64,000 nt of DNA from Nitrosopumilus sp. Its GTDB lineage: Archaea > Thermoproteota > Nitrososphaeria > Nitrososphaerales > Nitrosopumilaceae. Under the pieces are notes generated by a model. The model was not told where the DNA came from. It saw only the letters and a list, made by a program, of their open reading frames with translations, and made no database searches. The DNA is taken from contig OZ244651.1 of NCBI GenBank assembly GCA_965218695.1, forward strand, positions 1,952,001 to 2,016,000, given 5' to 3'. This document shows, in pieces, positions 62,595 to 64,000 of the stretch. Positions within the stretch are counted from its first letter, which is position 1, and every line of letters begins with the position of its first letter. Both the position numbers and the translations under genes were made by a program.

Positions 62595-63308
62595 TTGAAT
62601 GTCAGACTGTCTGAGATATTTACATCCGTTGAAGGCGAAGGCATCCTTTACGGAACAAAGACGTTGTTTGTAAGGCTGGCCGGCTGTCCCTTTACGTGCT
62701 TTTACTGTGATACTCCTGAATCCCTTCCGCTTGACTCGGGCACGGAGCACACTGTTGAGGAGGCCTGCGGCATGATCGACTCAAGCCTGCAGAGAAAGAC
62801 ATTCAAGGTCAACTTTACCGGGGGCGATCCCCTGATACAGCACCAGGCCGTGGCGCTTCTTGCACAGCATGTCCAGAAAAAAAAGATCCCCACCTATCTG
62901 GAGTCATCATGCTTTGATGTAGACAGGTTCAACCACGTTCTGCCATATTTTGACATAATAAAGATTGAGTTCAAGACAAGGGATTCAAATTTTGTAGACC
63001 CGCAACACCATGAACGACTGACCGGCCATGCCATGAAATGCCTTGAGTCGGCTGCTAGAGGAGGCAAGACAACATACGTCAAGGTTGTGGCAAGCTCCAA
63101 GACAGACCCTGGCGACATTGAGGATCTGGCATCTGCAGTCTTTGGGGGTCCGTCCGGACATGCCGTGTCCGGGTTTGTCATCCAGCCAACCTATGGCGTT
63201 TCTGAGCCATTGCTGGAACATCTGCTGGAACTGTACGATGCTGTTGTTCCGTACTATGGGGATGTCCGGATAGTCCCGCAACTGCACAAGTTCATCGGGG
63301 CGCCATAA
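62595..63308 (+). CDS. queE: 7-carboxy-7-deazaguanine synthase
   Basis: EIFTSVEGEG, FVRLAGCPFTCFYCDT, TGGDP, PQLHK. Confidence 0.93.
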   Translation: MNVRLSEIFTSVEGEGILYGTKTLFVRLAGCPFTCFYCDTPESLPLDSGTEHTVEEACGMIDSSLQRKTFKVNFTGGDPLIQHQAVALLAQHVQKKKIPTYLESSCFDVDRFNHVLPYFDIIKIEFKTRDSNFVDPQHHERLTGHAMKCLESAARGGKTTYVKVVASSKTDPGDIEDLASAVFGGPSGHAVSGFVIQPTYGVSEPLLEHLLELYDAVVPYYGDVRIVPQLHKFIGAP

Positions 63309-63493
63309 GGTGCAGATCAGGGCACATAGTGTTTTCTGGGCATGATGCCGGCGGCTACCCCGCGGCATGGACGAACCGCAGGACATGAACACGATACGTG
63401 AGGGCTGCAGGGTAAAACACCGCGCCGTGATGTAGGATAACTGACTGAGGATCCGCTTAGGTTCAAATATCCGACAAATGCCGTACCTGTCAA

Positions 63494-64000
63494 ATGGATC
63501 ATGAACGCGTAAAGAAGCTTATCCGGGAACTGATAATTGAGGTAGGCGAGGATCCGACCCGGGAGGGGCTACGGGAGACTCCCCAGAGGATTGCCAACAT
63601 GTACACTGAGATCTTTGAGGGCTACGACTCTGACTCGGAGCTGTCCGTACAGTTCTCCGAGGACTCTGATACGGTGATTGCACGCGACATTCAGTTCTAC
63701 TCCATGTGCGAACACCACATGCTGCCATTCTACGGAAAGATCCACATAGCGTACTCGCCAAACGGCAGGGTCTTTGGCATATCCAAACTGGTCAAACTGG
63801 TGGAAAAGTACTCAAGGAGGCTGCAGATACAGGAGAGGCTTACAAAGAACATCGCCAACGAACTGTACGGGCAGGGAGTCCGGGGCGTGGTGGTGCTGGT
63901 TGAGGCAGAACACCTGTGCATGAAGATGCGGGGGGTCAGAAACGACGCTGTGCTGCTGTCCTCTGCATTCCGTGGAATCTATGAGAGCCGGGAGGAGAAG
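63494..64000 (+). CDS. folE: GTP cyclohydrolase I, 3' end outside window
   Basis: Manual translation: GEDPTREGLRETPQR, SMCEHHMLPF, GISKL, RRLQIQERLT, HLCMKMRG. Confidence 0.93.
   Translation, partial: MDHERVKKLIRELIIEVGEDPTREGLRETPQRIANMYTEIFEGYDSDSELSVQFSEDSDTVIARDIQFYSMCEHHMLPFYGKIHIAYSPNGRVFGISKLVKLVEKYSRRLQIQERLTKNIANELYGQGVRGVVVLVEAEHLCMKMRGVRNDAVLLSSAFRGIYESREEK

Overview
This is archaeal chromosomal DNA from a Nitrosopumilaceae-like thaumarchaeote (inferred from gene content: PolD DP1/DP2, Orc1/Cdc6, GGGP synthase, CdvB/ESCRT-III, TFB paralogues, thermosome, a CFI-box-CTERM protein). Most of the window is core housekeeping genes. The left 36 kb carries six IS elements from four families (IS5 x2, IS66 x2, IS630, ISH3), each delimited by terminal inverted repeats and target-site duplications read from the sequence. 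Two of them disrupt host genes (an AAA_14/DUF4143 ATPase and thpR), and two more host genes (cysteine desulfurase, one TFB) are frameshifted. The window contains the probable replication origin (about 48840-49280, ORB repeats beside orc1/cdc6). The best candidate for an undescribed system is the origin-proximal module. It has three small putative DNA-binding genes, one predicted to be a membrane-anchored winged-helix protein. A dense ATCACA motif array overlies two of these genes, and a separate GTTAAC cluster lies inside oriC. Together they suggest an origin-tethering or segregation apparatus (inference). Also notable are a structured HgcC-like ncRNA with its own TATA box, a perfect 22-bp palindrome in the hsp20-cdc48 promoter, and tandemly duplicated promoter-region segments. 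All product calls come from motif recognition; no database searches were run.
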